Shown here one piece after another: positions 1 through 8,466 of a stretch of DNA of 62,405 bases. Within the stretch, counting starts at the first letter, position 1, and each line of letters starts with the position of its first letter. The notes under the pieces were generated by a model. It ran no database searches. It saw only the letters and a list, made by a program, of their open reading frames with translations, and was not told the origin of the DNA. The position numbers and the translations under genes are program-made. This DNA comes from Acutalibacteraceae bacterium (GTDB taxonomy: Bacteria; Bacillota; Clostridia; Oscillospirales; Acutalibacteraceae): positions 1 through 62,405 of the forward strand of contig JAZQUF010000182.1 in the NCBI GenBank assembly GCA_045631165.1. Direction: 5' to 3'.

Positions 1-1010
1 GTCTCGGTGGTATTCTCGGTATGGGTCTTTATATCACCCACTTCCTTGTACCTCCCACACCCGGCCCTCTCGCTGTAATTTCAACCTTCAACGAGCATGG
101 TGCTGCTATTGACCTCGGCTTATACATTCTTGCAGGTGTTGCTTTCTCAGTGCCTCTGTTCATTTTCTCAGTTTTCCTTTTCAGATACTTCGGCAAGAAG
201 TACCCCAACCTTATCGTACCTTATGAAATTGACAGAAGCAAGTACACACCTGAGCAGCTTAAGGTTCTCGACAGAATCCACGAAAAGCACGATAACAACG
301 AACAGCTTGTAACAAGTGACTTCGCTGATCTTCTTGCTTCAGAAAAGCTTCCCAGCGCATTCCTTTCATTTGCAACACTTCTCGTGCCTATCGCACTTAT
401 CTTCGCTAACACACTTGTTGGTCAGATTGATTCACTTGCAGGCACAACAGTTGCAAGCATTTTCACATTCCTCGGTCAGCCTGTAATCGCCCTTTTCGTT
501 TCACTTTGCATGGGCGCATTCCTTCTTTGCCGTACATATGACAAGAAGACCTGTGTTGATATGATGCAGGAAGCTTGCCGCGATGCAGGTCCTATCGTAT
601 TCATCACAGCTGCAGGTGGCGCTCTCGGTGCAGTTATCAATGCAACAGGTGCAGCCGGCATTATGGCAAACTGGATTGTTGAAGCAGGCGTACCTGCAAT
701 TCTCATCCCCATCATCATCGGTGTTGTTATGAGATTCCCTCAGGGCTCAGGTACTACAGCTATGATCACAGGCTCAGCTATTATCGGACCTATGCTGGCA
801 ACTCTCGGTATCAATCCCTATCTCTGTGCTCTTGCACTTTGTCTTACAACTATGTGCCCGAGCTATCTCAACGACTCATACTTCCACGTTGTTACAAACT
901 TCTCAGGTATGGATATCAAGACAAGCCTCAAGACCTGGTCAATCGGTTCAATTCTTATTCCTGTATTCGGCTCAGCAATTCTTGTAGTGCTTTCACTTTT
1001 TATTCACTAA
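1..1010 (+). CDS. GntP-family permease (gluconate/H+ symporter-like), 5'-truncated by window edge
   Basis: Frame is open from nt 3 with no stop before the listed Met at 21. Multi-TM hydrophobic protein with GntP-type motif RFPQGSGTTAMITGSAIIGPM. Stop at 1008-1010 is followed by a hairpin terminator. Confidence 0.7.
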   Translation, partial: LGGILGMGLYITHFLVPPTPGPLAVISTFNEHGAAIDLGLYILAGVAFSVPLFIFSVFLFRYFGKKYPNLIVPYEIDRSKYTPEQLKVLDRIHEKHDNNEQLVTSDFADLLASEKLPSAFLSFATLLVPIALIFANTLVGQIDSLAGTTVASIFTFLGQPVIALFVSLCMGAFLLCRTYDKKTCVDMMQEACRDAGPIVFITAAGGALGAVINATGAAGIMANWIVEAGVPAILIPIIIGVVMRFPQGSGTTAMITGSAIIGPMLATLGINPYLCALALCLTTMCPSYLNDSYFHVVTNFSGMDIKTSLKTWSIGSILIPVFGSAILVVLSLFIH

Positions 1011-1020
1011 GATTAAATTT

Positions 1021-1057
1021 TTACGGCTTATACCTTCGGGTGTAAGCCGTAATTTTT
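1021..1057 (+). terminator. Rho-independent terminator
   Basis: TTACGGCTTA / TAAGCCGTAA 10-bp stem followed by TTTTT. Confidence 0.8.
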
Positions 1058-1124
1058 ATTTATTGAGTTATTAAAAGGAATATGCTATAATCTATCAGAC
1101 AGTAATTCGAAAGGAGATTACAAT

Positions 1125-2594
1125 ATGAAAACAATCAAAAAAATAATTGCGCTGATTCTTTGCGCGGTGCTTATTCTGCCTTGTGCAATACCTGCTTTCG
1201 CTGGTGGTGAAACAGAAGCAGAGACGGAAAGTGTAAATGTTTTTGACAAGATTTCAGATTTCTTTAAAGAGGTATTTGCGAAGATAAAAGATTTTTTTGC
1301 AAATATAACGAGCTTCTTCATCCGTAATAAATTTACGGGGGAAGATTATACTATACCGGAATTGGATTTAAGTGTTATGCCTGATGAACTGAAGGGTACG
1401 GAATATGAATATCTTTACACGTTGTCAACAGTGGACAATTCAAAAGATTATATGGCTCACCCTGACAGTGTTCTTCTTGAAAACGGAAACATTCTCACTG
1501 TGTACCCTGCCGGACATGGTAAAGGTGCGGTTCTCAATAAAGTGAGTATTGATGGCGGTGTAAGCTGGACTGACAGTGTAGAAAACACTCCGGAAAGCTG
1601 GGTGAACTCCCAGGAGACTCCTACAGTTTATCGTCTTGAGTTTGCTGATGGCACTCCTGATAAACTTATTCTCATTTCCGCTAATCCAAAGTGGCCGAAT
1701 TCTTCTACAAACGGAGGCTTTGAGTGTTCGGTTTCAGAAGATGAGGGTAAAACCTGGAGTGAGTTCGAGAGATTTTATGACTTGAAAAGTGACAATTCGG
1801 TTGTGCCCATAGTTGCAATGGCAAGCCTTACAAGACTCAAGGAAAACGGAGCGTTCACAGATAAGTGGATGGGTGTTTTCCACGATGCTGATTTTTATAA
1901 TTACAGCACTGTTCTGACTTTTGATAAGGATGGCAATATGCATTGGAGTAAGCCGGAAAAGTTTCTTTCAGAGCATCGTGATACAGAAAAGAGCGCTCAG
2001 ATGTGTGAGATTGAAATTATCAGATCTGATAAAGGCGTGGGCAATGAGCTTTGTCTTATTGCAAGAAGTCAGTCAAAGAAAATTAACTCAATGATTGCTT
2101 TCTCAAATGATGAGGGTAAAACATGGAGTGAGCCTGTAGAAGCTCCTTCAGCTCTTAACGGTGAAAGACATAAGGCCGAATACACCTCAGACGGAAGATT
2201 GTTCATCACCTTCCGTTCTATCGAAAGAGGAAGCAAGGCAAAGCAGAATGCAAAAAATACAACCGATAAAAATCGCGGTTGGATAAGTGAAGGTCTTGTT
2301 GCCTGGGTTGGCACCTATGATGATCTGAAAAACGGCACAGAGGGAGATTATAGAATAAAGCTCGCTCATATTTATAACGATGACCAGACAAAGCCTGAGT
2401 ACTATGCCGGCTCAGATACGGGATACTGCGGTAATGTTGTTCTTGCTGATGATACAATAGTTACTTGTGGTTACGGTAAATTCAGTCCTGACGAAAAGAC
2501 TGAAGACGGAAAAAGTCTGAAGACTTACATCTGTTCTAAGAGGATAAATCTTAAGGATACTGATGAATTGGTGAAGAGACTTCCGGTCGGATGA
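1125..2594 (+). CDS. Secreted BNR/Asp-box repeat protein, sialidase-like (no FRIP motif)
   Basis: RBS AAAGGAG and N-terminal signal peptide. Three Asp-boxes (SIDGGVSWT, SEDEGKTWS, SNDEGKTWS). No RIP/FRIP motif seen. Confidence 0.65.
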   Translation: MKTIKKIIALILCAVLILPCAIPAFAGGETEAETESVNVFDKISDFFKEVFAKIKDFFANITSFFIRNKFTGEDYTIPELDLSVMPDELKGTEYEYLYTLSTVDNSKDYMAHPDSVLLENGNILTVYPAGHGKGAVLNKVSIDGGVSWTDSVENTPESWVNSQETPTVYRLEFADGTPDKLILISANPKWPNSSTNGGFECSVSEDEGKTWSEFERFYDLKSDNSVVPIVAMASLTRLKENGAFTDKWMGVFHDADFYNYSTVLTFDKDGNMHWSKPEKFLSEHRDTEKSAQMCEIEIIRSDKGVGNELCLIARSQSKKINSMIAFSNDEGKTWSEPVEAPSALNGERHKAEYTSDGRLFITFRSIERGSKAKQNAKNTTDKNRGWISEGLVAWVGTYDDLKNGTEGDYRIKLAHIYNDDQTKPEYYAGSDTGYCGNVVLADDTIVTCGYGKFSPDEKTEDGKSLKTYICSKRINLKDTDELVKRLPVG

Positions 2595-2632
2595 AAACAA
2601 ACTTAAATCTGTTATGATAGGGAGGATCTGAA

Positions 2633-4162
2633 ATGAAAAAGATATTATCTGTTATTTTAGCTTTAGCTGTGCTTTTAAGTATGTTTGTCATTGTAGCCTT
2701 TGCTGAAAGCTATAACAGACCGTTTTACAGCGGTGCTGTTGACTCGAAGACATTTCGTATACCTGCTATTTATACTCTTGATGACGGCTCGGTTATTGCC
2801 GTTGCGGATAAGCGTTATGATGAGGGCCTTGATTCGCCTGCAAATATTGACATTGTTTATGCGATTTCGCAGAACGGTTATACAGATTGGAAGTATGGTA
2901 TGCTTAATCACTTTGAAGATTATGCTGATGGTGCCACCAGTACAAAAAGCGCTTCTTTTATTGATTCGGCAGTTGTTCAGGCAGGAAGCGGAAGAGTTTT
3001 TGTTATATCAGATGCATTTCCGTCAGGTGGAGGCTCTGATTATTCAAAGAAGGGCTCAGGCTTTGCTGAAATCGACGGTGTAAAACATATGCTTCTCACA
3101 TCCGGAAACGCTACGGACAAGCTCAGCAAGTTTGAATACTATATAGGTGAGTTCAATGACGGCTTTGCCGATGTGTTTACTGTGAATGGATCTGAAACGA
3201 CAGAATACAGTGTGGATGAGGAATTTTATCTTTATAAGAATGGTGAGCCTTTATATATTGCTCAGAAGAGTAGTGAGGGCATAAGTGTTCATCAGAATGT
3301 ATATTACAGTGATTCGGAGCTTTGCTGCTTGCGCACATCATATCTCTGGCTCAGATGCAGTGATGATAACGGCAAGACCTGGAGTGCACCTATAAATCTA
3401 AACGCCTTTGTAAAGGCAGAAGATGAGACGTTTCTTGGTATAGGTCCGGGCAGAGGCTTTGTTACAAATGTTGACGGCAGGGAGAGAGTGATCTTCTGTG
3501 TGTATACCAAGAAGGGTGCAAAATTAAGCGTAAGTACAATTTATTCTGATGACAATGGCGCAGTATGGCACAGAGGTGAAGCAACAAGCTTAAAGACCGG
3601 TATTGGCAGAACAAGCGAGGCTCAGATTGTTGAGCTCAATGACGGCGTGCTCAGAATGTTCAGCAGAAACGACTCTAACTATATTGCTTATGCCGACAGC
3701 ACTGACGGAGGTATATCCTGGAGCAAATTCTCAGCAGACACAGATCTTATCGCCAAGGCCAGTTGTATGAGCACCTTCATCAATACAAGCAGAATTATTG
3801 ACGGAAAAAAGGTTATTCTGGCTTCATATCCGTCCAACTTCTTAGACAGGGCAGACGGAGTAGTGAGGGTTGGACTTGTTAATGATAAAAATGATATTGA
3901 CTGGATTTCTACACACAATGTTACGGATGGTTTCTATGCGTACTCGTGCCTTACTGAGCTTTCAGATGGTAATTTTGCACTGCTTTATGAGGATGAGCCT
4001 TATAATATCAACTACAGGATTCTTTCTCTTGATGATAAAGGCGCCCTGACAGAAATAAACGGACATAATATTTATCCGCCGAGGTCGACTCTGTGGGAGC
4101 GTATAGCAGCCGTGTTCAATTCGGCTTTGACCGAGTTTATGGTAGTGCTCAATATGATATGA
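2633..4162 (+). CDS. nanH: Exo-alpha-sialidase (GH33)
   Basis: RBS GGGAGGA and signal peptide. FRIP motif (KTFRIPAI) and Asp-boxes SDDNGKTWS, SDDNGAVWH, STDGGISWS. Confidence 0.8.
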   Translation: MKKILSVILALAVLLSMFVIVAFAESYNRPFYSGAVDSKTFRIPAIYTLDDGSVIAVADKRYDEGLDSPANIDIVYAISQNGYTDWKYGMLNHFEDYADGATSTKSASFIDSAVVQAGSGRVFVISDAFPSGGGSDYSKKGSGFAEIDGVKHMLLTSGNATDKLSKFEYYIGEFNDGFADVFTVNGSETTEYSVDEEFYLYKNGEPLYIAQKSSEGISVHQNVYYSDSELCCLRTSYLWLRCSDDNGKTWSAPINLNAFVKAEDETFLGIGPGRGFVTNVDGRERVIFCVYTKKGAKLSVSTIYSDDNGAVWHRGEATSLKTGIGRTSEAQIVELNDGVLRMFSRNDSNYIAYADSTDGGISWSKFSADTDLIAKASCMSTFINTSRIIDGKKVILASYPSNFLDRADGVVRVGLVNDKNDIDWISTHNVTDGFYAYSCLTELSDGNFALLYEDEPYNINYRILSLDDKGALTEINGHNIYPPRSTLWERIAAVFNSALTEFMVVLNMI

Positions 4163-4164
4163 TA

Positions 4165-4200
4165 AAAAGAAGAGAGAGCAAAATGCTCTCTCTTGTTTGT
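4165..4200. terminator. Bidirectional hairpin terminator between convergent genes
   Basis: AGAGAGAGC / GCTCTCTCT 9-bp stem, A-run upstream and T-rich tract downstream. Confidence 0.7.
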
Positions 4201-4282
4201 GTATAATGTGTTTTTCAGGATGTATCCCCAAGATGAAATAAGGGGGGTAAAGCGACGCGGGAAAAATTATCAATATAACGGA

Positions 4283-5713
4283 TTAAAGATTATTCACTAT
4301 ACCTGTAAAGAGAGGTAAATTACCTTTAGAAATCACAAATACAAAAGGTCTATTGAGTACAAAATCTATTATTTCTTCAGGAGGCATAGGAGAACCTGCC
4401 ATGGGAAATTCAATATAAGAAGCAGCCTTTACGCCTTTTTCGTTGATTTCAACTCTTGCTGACTGATTAACCGCAGAAACATACACAGGTGAATCAGAGG
4501 TGATTGCCGTAAAATCTGAGCGTTCCATATCAAAGACCTTTGTTACGCCCATTCTGCTAAGTCCCTCTTTTAAGTTTGCTGTGGAAGAAATATCAAACTT
4601 CGGTACAGACAGATTGACCTTCATATACTTTTTGTTTTGCCATCCATCTTCACCACTACCCGAAGAAATCATTTCTCCGTAAGCACCGCCACTTAACACA
4701 TCGGCAGTTGTCTTTCCTTCATCGGGAAGAATAAACCACATTGTGCTTCCGTTTTTAAGGCTTAACGCTACTGCACTGTAATCATCATGCCAATAATAAT
4801 ACATTTGATAAAGGCTTTTATTCATATAGGTGACATTGGCATCGCCGTTGAGACCGTGGAAAATATCGTCAGCATTGTTTTTGCTGTTAAACTCATCACT
4901 CCATTTAGCTTGGAAGAAGAGTGTTGAATAGAGGGCAAGAAGGGTTTCGGGAGACAAGTCGATTTTATCGGTGCGGTCTTTTAACATTCCGCCCGTATTT
5001 TTATTGAGCCAATTACCTATTGACTTGTTTGCACTGTCACTTCCAAGATCACTCTTATACACAGAAGCATAATAGTGATATGCAAGGTTATTCATAGTAT
5101 CCTGATTGTAATTAAGTCCGTCTTCAAGCCAAAGAGAATTGGCCAATGTGCATATTTCATTTCCGTCATCCTCATAAACGGATTCCCAGACAGCACTGAC
5201 CTGACTTCTGAGTGTTTCAAGATCACTTACACCGAACAAATCTAAAATTTCCTTGCGGCTGTCACCATCTGTTATTTCGGCAAGCATAGAAAGTCCGATA
5301 TAAGCGTTTATAGGTGACCATAAAGCATTTTCATTGTTCTGTGAAGAGAGGAATTCTGCAGATGCTTCTGTGAAAAAATGTGACAAGGAAACAGCTGCGT
5401 TTTCTCTCGTTGTTCTTCTGTGGTCTGTTTCAGCCTTCCATAGCTCCACATCCGCCATATAGATTTCTCTGTCTTTATAATCATCAAGGTCGGGATGCTC
5501 CATCATACGTGCATCGCCGGGGAGAGCAATGGCGTTTGCTGTAATTATAGGTGTATTGAGGAAAGAGCTGATGCAAATTACAACTGCTAAAACAGCAGCA
5601 ACCGCACCTATCCAATAAGGTCTTTTTCTCATTTTCTTCGGAGCTTTTTCAGCTTCTTTGATGTGTCTATCGTCTATTTTATCCAAAACTTCCAATACGT
5701 GTTTACGCTTCAT
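4283..5713 (-). CDS. Membrane-anchored serpin (short cytoplasmic N-terminus, one TM helix, extracytoplasmic serpin domain)
   Basis: TM segment WIGAVAAVLAVVICISSFL after about 33 charged residues. Serpin core (NALWSPINAYIGLSMLA) and C-terminus EKGVKAASYIEFPMAGSPMPPEE..NRPFVFVI align with the alpha-1-antitrypsin RCL/PFVF region. RBS GGAGGG lies inside the 3' end of the sigma gene. Confidence 0.85.
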   Translation of the reverse strand: MKRKHVLEVLDKIDDRHIKEAEKAPKKMRKRPYWIGAVAAVLAVVICISSFLNTPIITANAIALPGDARMMEHPDLDDYKDREIYMADVELWKAETDHRRTTRENAAVSLSHFFTEASAEFLSSQNNENALWSPINAYIGLSMLAEITDGDSRKEILDLFGVSDLETLRSQVSAVWESVYEDDGNEICTLANSLWLEDGLNYNQDTMNNLAYHYYASVYKSDLGSDSANKSIGNWLNKNTGGMLKDRTDKIDLSPETLLALYSTLFFQAKWSDEFNSKNNADDIFHGLNGDANVTYMNKSLYQMYYYWHDDYSAVALSLKNGSTMWFILPDEGKTTADVLSGGAYGEMISSGSGEDGWQNKKYMKVNLSVPKFDISSTANLKEGLSRMGVTKVFDMERSDFTAITSDSPVYVSAVNQSARVEINEKGVKAASYIEFPMAGSPMPPEEIIDFVLNRPFVFVISKGNLPLFTGIVNNL

Positions 5714-6269
5714 AGTAATAACCCTCCTTAATAAGATGTTCTTTTAATTTTGCTCTGATGCGGTTTAAGCGTACCGAAACAGCACCGCTTTTCATATTAA
5801 CGGCTTTTGCTATATCCTCAACTGAATCTCCATACCAATACCGACGCATAAAAATATATCTGTTCATATCAGTATCCTGTTCCAAAAAGTTATTTATGGA
5901 GTCGGCAATCTCCTGAATAATAACAGCCTGTTCAGGGTTAATATCATTATCGGGCAGACAAGCACCAAGCTCGTCCAAGGATACGTCATAACTGTTGTTT
6001 CGTTTTTCTGCTGAAAGATATTCTAACCGTTTCAGTGCCATATTTCTTCCTGTACGGTATACATAAGGAGCCAAGGGGTCAGGCTCTTTAGGCGGTATAG
6101 CATTCCAAATGGCAAGGTATGTATCGTTTGTTGTTTCTTCTGCATCGTGATGATTACCGAGAATGTTCATTGCGATTTTGTATAAGGTGTTGCCGAAACG
6201 CACCCTCAAGACTTGAATTGCCTCTTCAGCTCTCGCAAAGAAAAGCTTTATTATTTGTTTATCTTCCAT
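5703..6269 (-). CDS. ECF-type sigma-70 family RNA polymerase sigma factor
   Basis: Region 2 (DAEETTNDTYLAIWNAI) and region 4 HTH (SVEDIAKAVNMKSGAVSVRLNRIRAKL). Start chosen at MEDKQII with RBS GAGGAGG 7 nt upstream. Its stop overlaps the serpin start by 11 nt. Confidence 0.85.
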   Translation of the reverse strand: MEDKQIIKLFFARAEEAIQVLRVRFGNTLYKIAMNILGNHHDAEETTNDTYLAIWNAIPPKEPDPLAPYVYRTGRNMALKRLEYLSAEKRNNSYDVSLDELGACLPDNDINPEQAVIIQEIADSINNFLEQDTDMNRYIFMRRYWYGDSVEDIAKAVNMKSGAVSVRLNRIRAKLKEHLIKEGYYYEA

Positions 6270-6427
6270 CTGAAAACCTCCTCTCACTTATATAAACCGA
6301 TTTTATCGGATTCATCTTACATAAAGTTTAACATTATTTTTTTAGGAATACAATATTTATCGTCTTGGCTTTTTGAATCCGTAGAATAAAATTACAGCAG
6401 TCTGTTTGTGCAAAGCACAACATCGTT

Positions 6428-6521
6428 CATTTGTGTCCGCAAGCGAACAATGATGTATTCGCTACGCTCATAATGATGTTGACCTACGGTCAAATGATGT
6501 TGTGTCCTGCGGACACAAATG
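6428..6521. repeat. 13-bp perfect inverted repeat enclosing three phased AATGATGT direct repeats and small hairpins
   Basis: CATTTGTGTCCGC (6428-6440) pairs with GCGGACACAAATG (6509-6521). AATGATGT occurs at 6449, 6472 and 6493 (spacing 23 and 21 nt). Inner hairpins are AGCGAA/TTCGCT, TTGACC/GGTCAA and TGTGTCC/GGACACA. Confidence 0.8.
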
Positions 6522-6552
6522 AAAAAATCCAAGTCGAAAGACTTGGATTTTT
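6522..6552 (-). terminator. Hairpin terminator abutting the tRNA-Arg 3' fragment (probably the ancestral tRNA terminator)
   Basis: AAAAAATCCAAGTC GAAA GACTTGGATTTTTT: 14-bp stem with GAAA loop, and A/T runs on both sides. Confidence 0.75.
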
Positions 6553-6597
6553 TGGCACCCCCCTGCGGGAATCGAACCCACATCTAATCCTTAGGAG
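6553..6597 (-). repeat. Truncated copy of the 3' 44-45 nt of tRNA-Arg(CCT); att-like direct repeat
   Basis: TGGCACCCCCCTGCGGGAATCGAACCCACATCTAATCCTTAGGAG matches 8467-8510 apart from one extra C. Identity ends exactly at the 5' edge of the anticodon loop. Confidence 0.85.
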
Positions 6598-6927
6598 TTT
6601 GTCCCAAAGGGTGTTATTTTGTTCACTTTTTGTCACTTAAAAACCATCACAAACCCTTATTTTACTAGGGCTAGCGGGTGTTGTGGTGTTAACAGAGTCA
6701 CTCTCGGTTTTCTCTGATATTTAGCAGTTTTGCTAATGAAAATTAGCAGAATATTAGCAAGCGAGCGACATGCAGGCGAATGATATTTCGCTATTTTTCA
6801 GTTCTTTAAAAATCAACTGATTTATGTCAAAAAACATTGCAAACAATTATGTTTCTATGATATACTTTACAAGTATCAAATACGAATTTACAAGTCATTG
6901 TAAGCAAAAAAGACAAGAGGTGCAAAT

Positions 6928-8385
6928 ATGAGAGTTGTAATTATTGGTTGCGGAATCACCGGAATGAGTGCAGGTATAATGTTGCAGAAAGCCGGAATTG
7001 ATACCGTTATTTTTGAAAAGATGAATAATCCCGGAGGGGTTATAGCTATATATAAAAAAGACGGCATACTCATTAATAATGTATTAGAGTTTGTCTTAGG
7101 TACTGCTCAAAACACCTTCGCAAATGACATGTGGCAAAGCTTAGGTCTATTCAAAAAATCACCGGAGATTAAAAATTGTTTCAAAAGATTTTTGTGGGAT
7201 AATAATTCTGTCAGTATTTATAAAGATTTTAATAAAACTGTCAACGAGATGATTTCTCTTAGTCCACAGGATAAAAAAATGATTTTAAAACTGGCGAAAT
7301 CTGTAAAAAAATTCCAAAAACTCGAATTGCCACTGATTACTAAAAAAAGCAGAAACATATTAGTCCGATTGTTTAGCTTGTTTTTACACTGTTTTACGGT
7401 TATTCCCGATGTGTTATACTACGGAACAATAAATTGCAAGAAATACGGCAAAAAAATCAAAGGACGCGAGTTAAGAGAATTTTTTTCCGACGTACTGAAC
7501 AGAGAAAGAACTGTTCTGCAATATATTGCTTTATGGTCGTTTTTTTCGTCCGGTAACTTCAACATACCTGAGAATAATCAACAAGAAATGGTGGAAACAC
7601 TGTATGATAATTATATCAACTCAGGCGGTGAAGTGTTTTTTAACAAATGTCTGACTGAGGTGATGATCGAAAATAAGAATATACGTGAATTGAAATTCAT
7701 TGACGGTACCGAGTGTAATTTTGATTATGTGATTTTTTCCAACGATATTGCTTCTGTTAACAAAGTTATGACCAATTCAAACAAAAAGCTGCCGATATTA
7801 GAAAAAACAATAGCAAAGGAACATGTTACAAGCTCTTGCGTATTGTATTTCAGACTGGATTGTGCAGATACATATAGCATAGACGAAAATGTATCAATAC
7901 CATGCAAACCTTTTAAGGTTGGCAACAGATATTTAAATAATTTTTCTGTTCGCACTCAAAAAAATACAAACACTTACAATTCGGCAATTTCTGTAACTAT
8001 TTATCAAAATGAAAACGATTTCCTGGAATGGAAAGCAATTTATAATGTCAGCAAAGATCTGTATAATAAAGAAAAATACAGAATAGCTCAGGATATTTTG
8101 AATTCTATTGAAGAACAATTTCCTGATATTCGTGGAAAATTACAACTTTGTGATATGGTTACACCATTAACTTATCATCGCTATACCGGTGTGAATTACG
8201 GTGGTTGGATGCCGGAAAGTTGGAATCCTCTTATATATTTACGATTTGGAAGAGGTCATATGCCCGGCATACGAAATGCTTCAATAGCCGGACAAAAAGT
8301 TTTTCCCATAGGAGGTATAACTATCGGCGCTTTTTCCGGTGTTAAATTAGCTGAGAAAATTATAAAAATTGCAAATAAAAATTAA
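6928..8385 (+). CDS. NAD(P)/FAD-dependent oxidoreductase (phytoene-desaturase/amine-oxidase-like)
   Basis: N-terminal Rossmann motif VVIIGCGITGMSAG..EK..PGG. C-terminal GGITIGAFSGVKLAEKI is typical of the CrtI-like family. Low-GC codon usage differs from neighbouring genes. Confidence 0.65.
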   Translation: MRVVIIGCGITGMSAGIMLQKAGIDTVIFEKMNNPGGVIAIYKKDGILINNVLEFVLGTAQNTFANDMWQSLGLFKKSPEIKNCFKRFLWDNNSVSIYKDFNKTVNEMISLSPQDKKMILKLAKSVKKFQKLELPLITKKSRNILVRLFSLFLHCFTVIPDVLYYGTINCKKYGKKIKGRELREFFSDVLNRERTVLQYIALWSFFSSGNFNIPENNQQEMVETLYDNYINSGGEVFFNKCLTEVMIENKNIRELKFIDGTECNFDYVIFSNDIASVNKVMTNSNKKLPILEKTIAKEHVTSSCVLYFRLDCADTYSIDENVSIPCKPFKVGNRYLNNFSVRTQKNTNTYNSAISVTIYQNENDFLEWKAIYNVSKDLYNKEKYRIAQDILNSIEEQFPDIRGKLQLCDMVTPLTYHRYTGVNYGGWMPESWNPLIYLRFGRGHMPGIRNASIAGQKVFPIGGITIGAFSGVKLAEKIIKIANKN

Positions 8386-8421
8386 ACTTTTAAATTTTTC
8401 AGAAAAGAAAAAAATATAAAA

Positions 8422-8462
8422 AAGCCGAAAAACCTTGTGAAATCAAGGCTTTTCGGCTTTTG
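8422..8462. terminator. Long hairpin terminator between the oxidoreductase and the tRNA-Arg 3' end
   Basis: AAGCCGAAAA / TTTTCGGCTT outer stem plus CCTTG/CAAGG inner stem, with A-run and T-run flanks. Confidence 0.75.
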
Positions 8463-8466
8463 AGAT

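Larger units (their letters stand above)
6598..8466. mobile_element. Putative decayed tRNA-targeted genomic islet (no integrase retained)
   Basis: Bounded by direct repeats of the tRNA-Arg 3' half. Visibly AT-rich (about 28-30% GC on sampled lines versus 42-48% in flanks). Contains a single cargo CDS. Confidence 0.45.

Noticed and set aside
6392-6640. ORFs 6392..6583 (-) and 6431..6640 (+)
   Set aside because: They span the inverted-repeat array, a terminator hairpin and the tRNA-Arg fragment. They have no RBS and their amino-acid composition is not protein-like.
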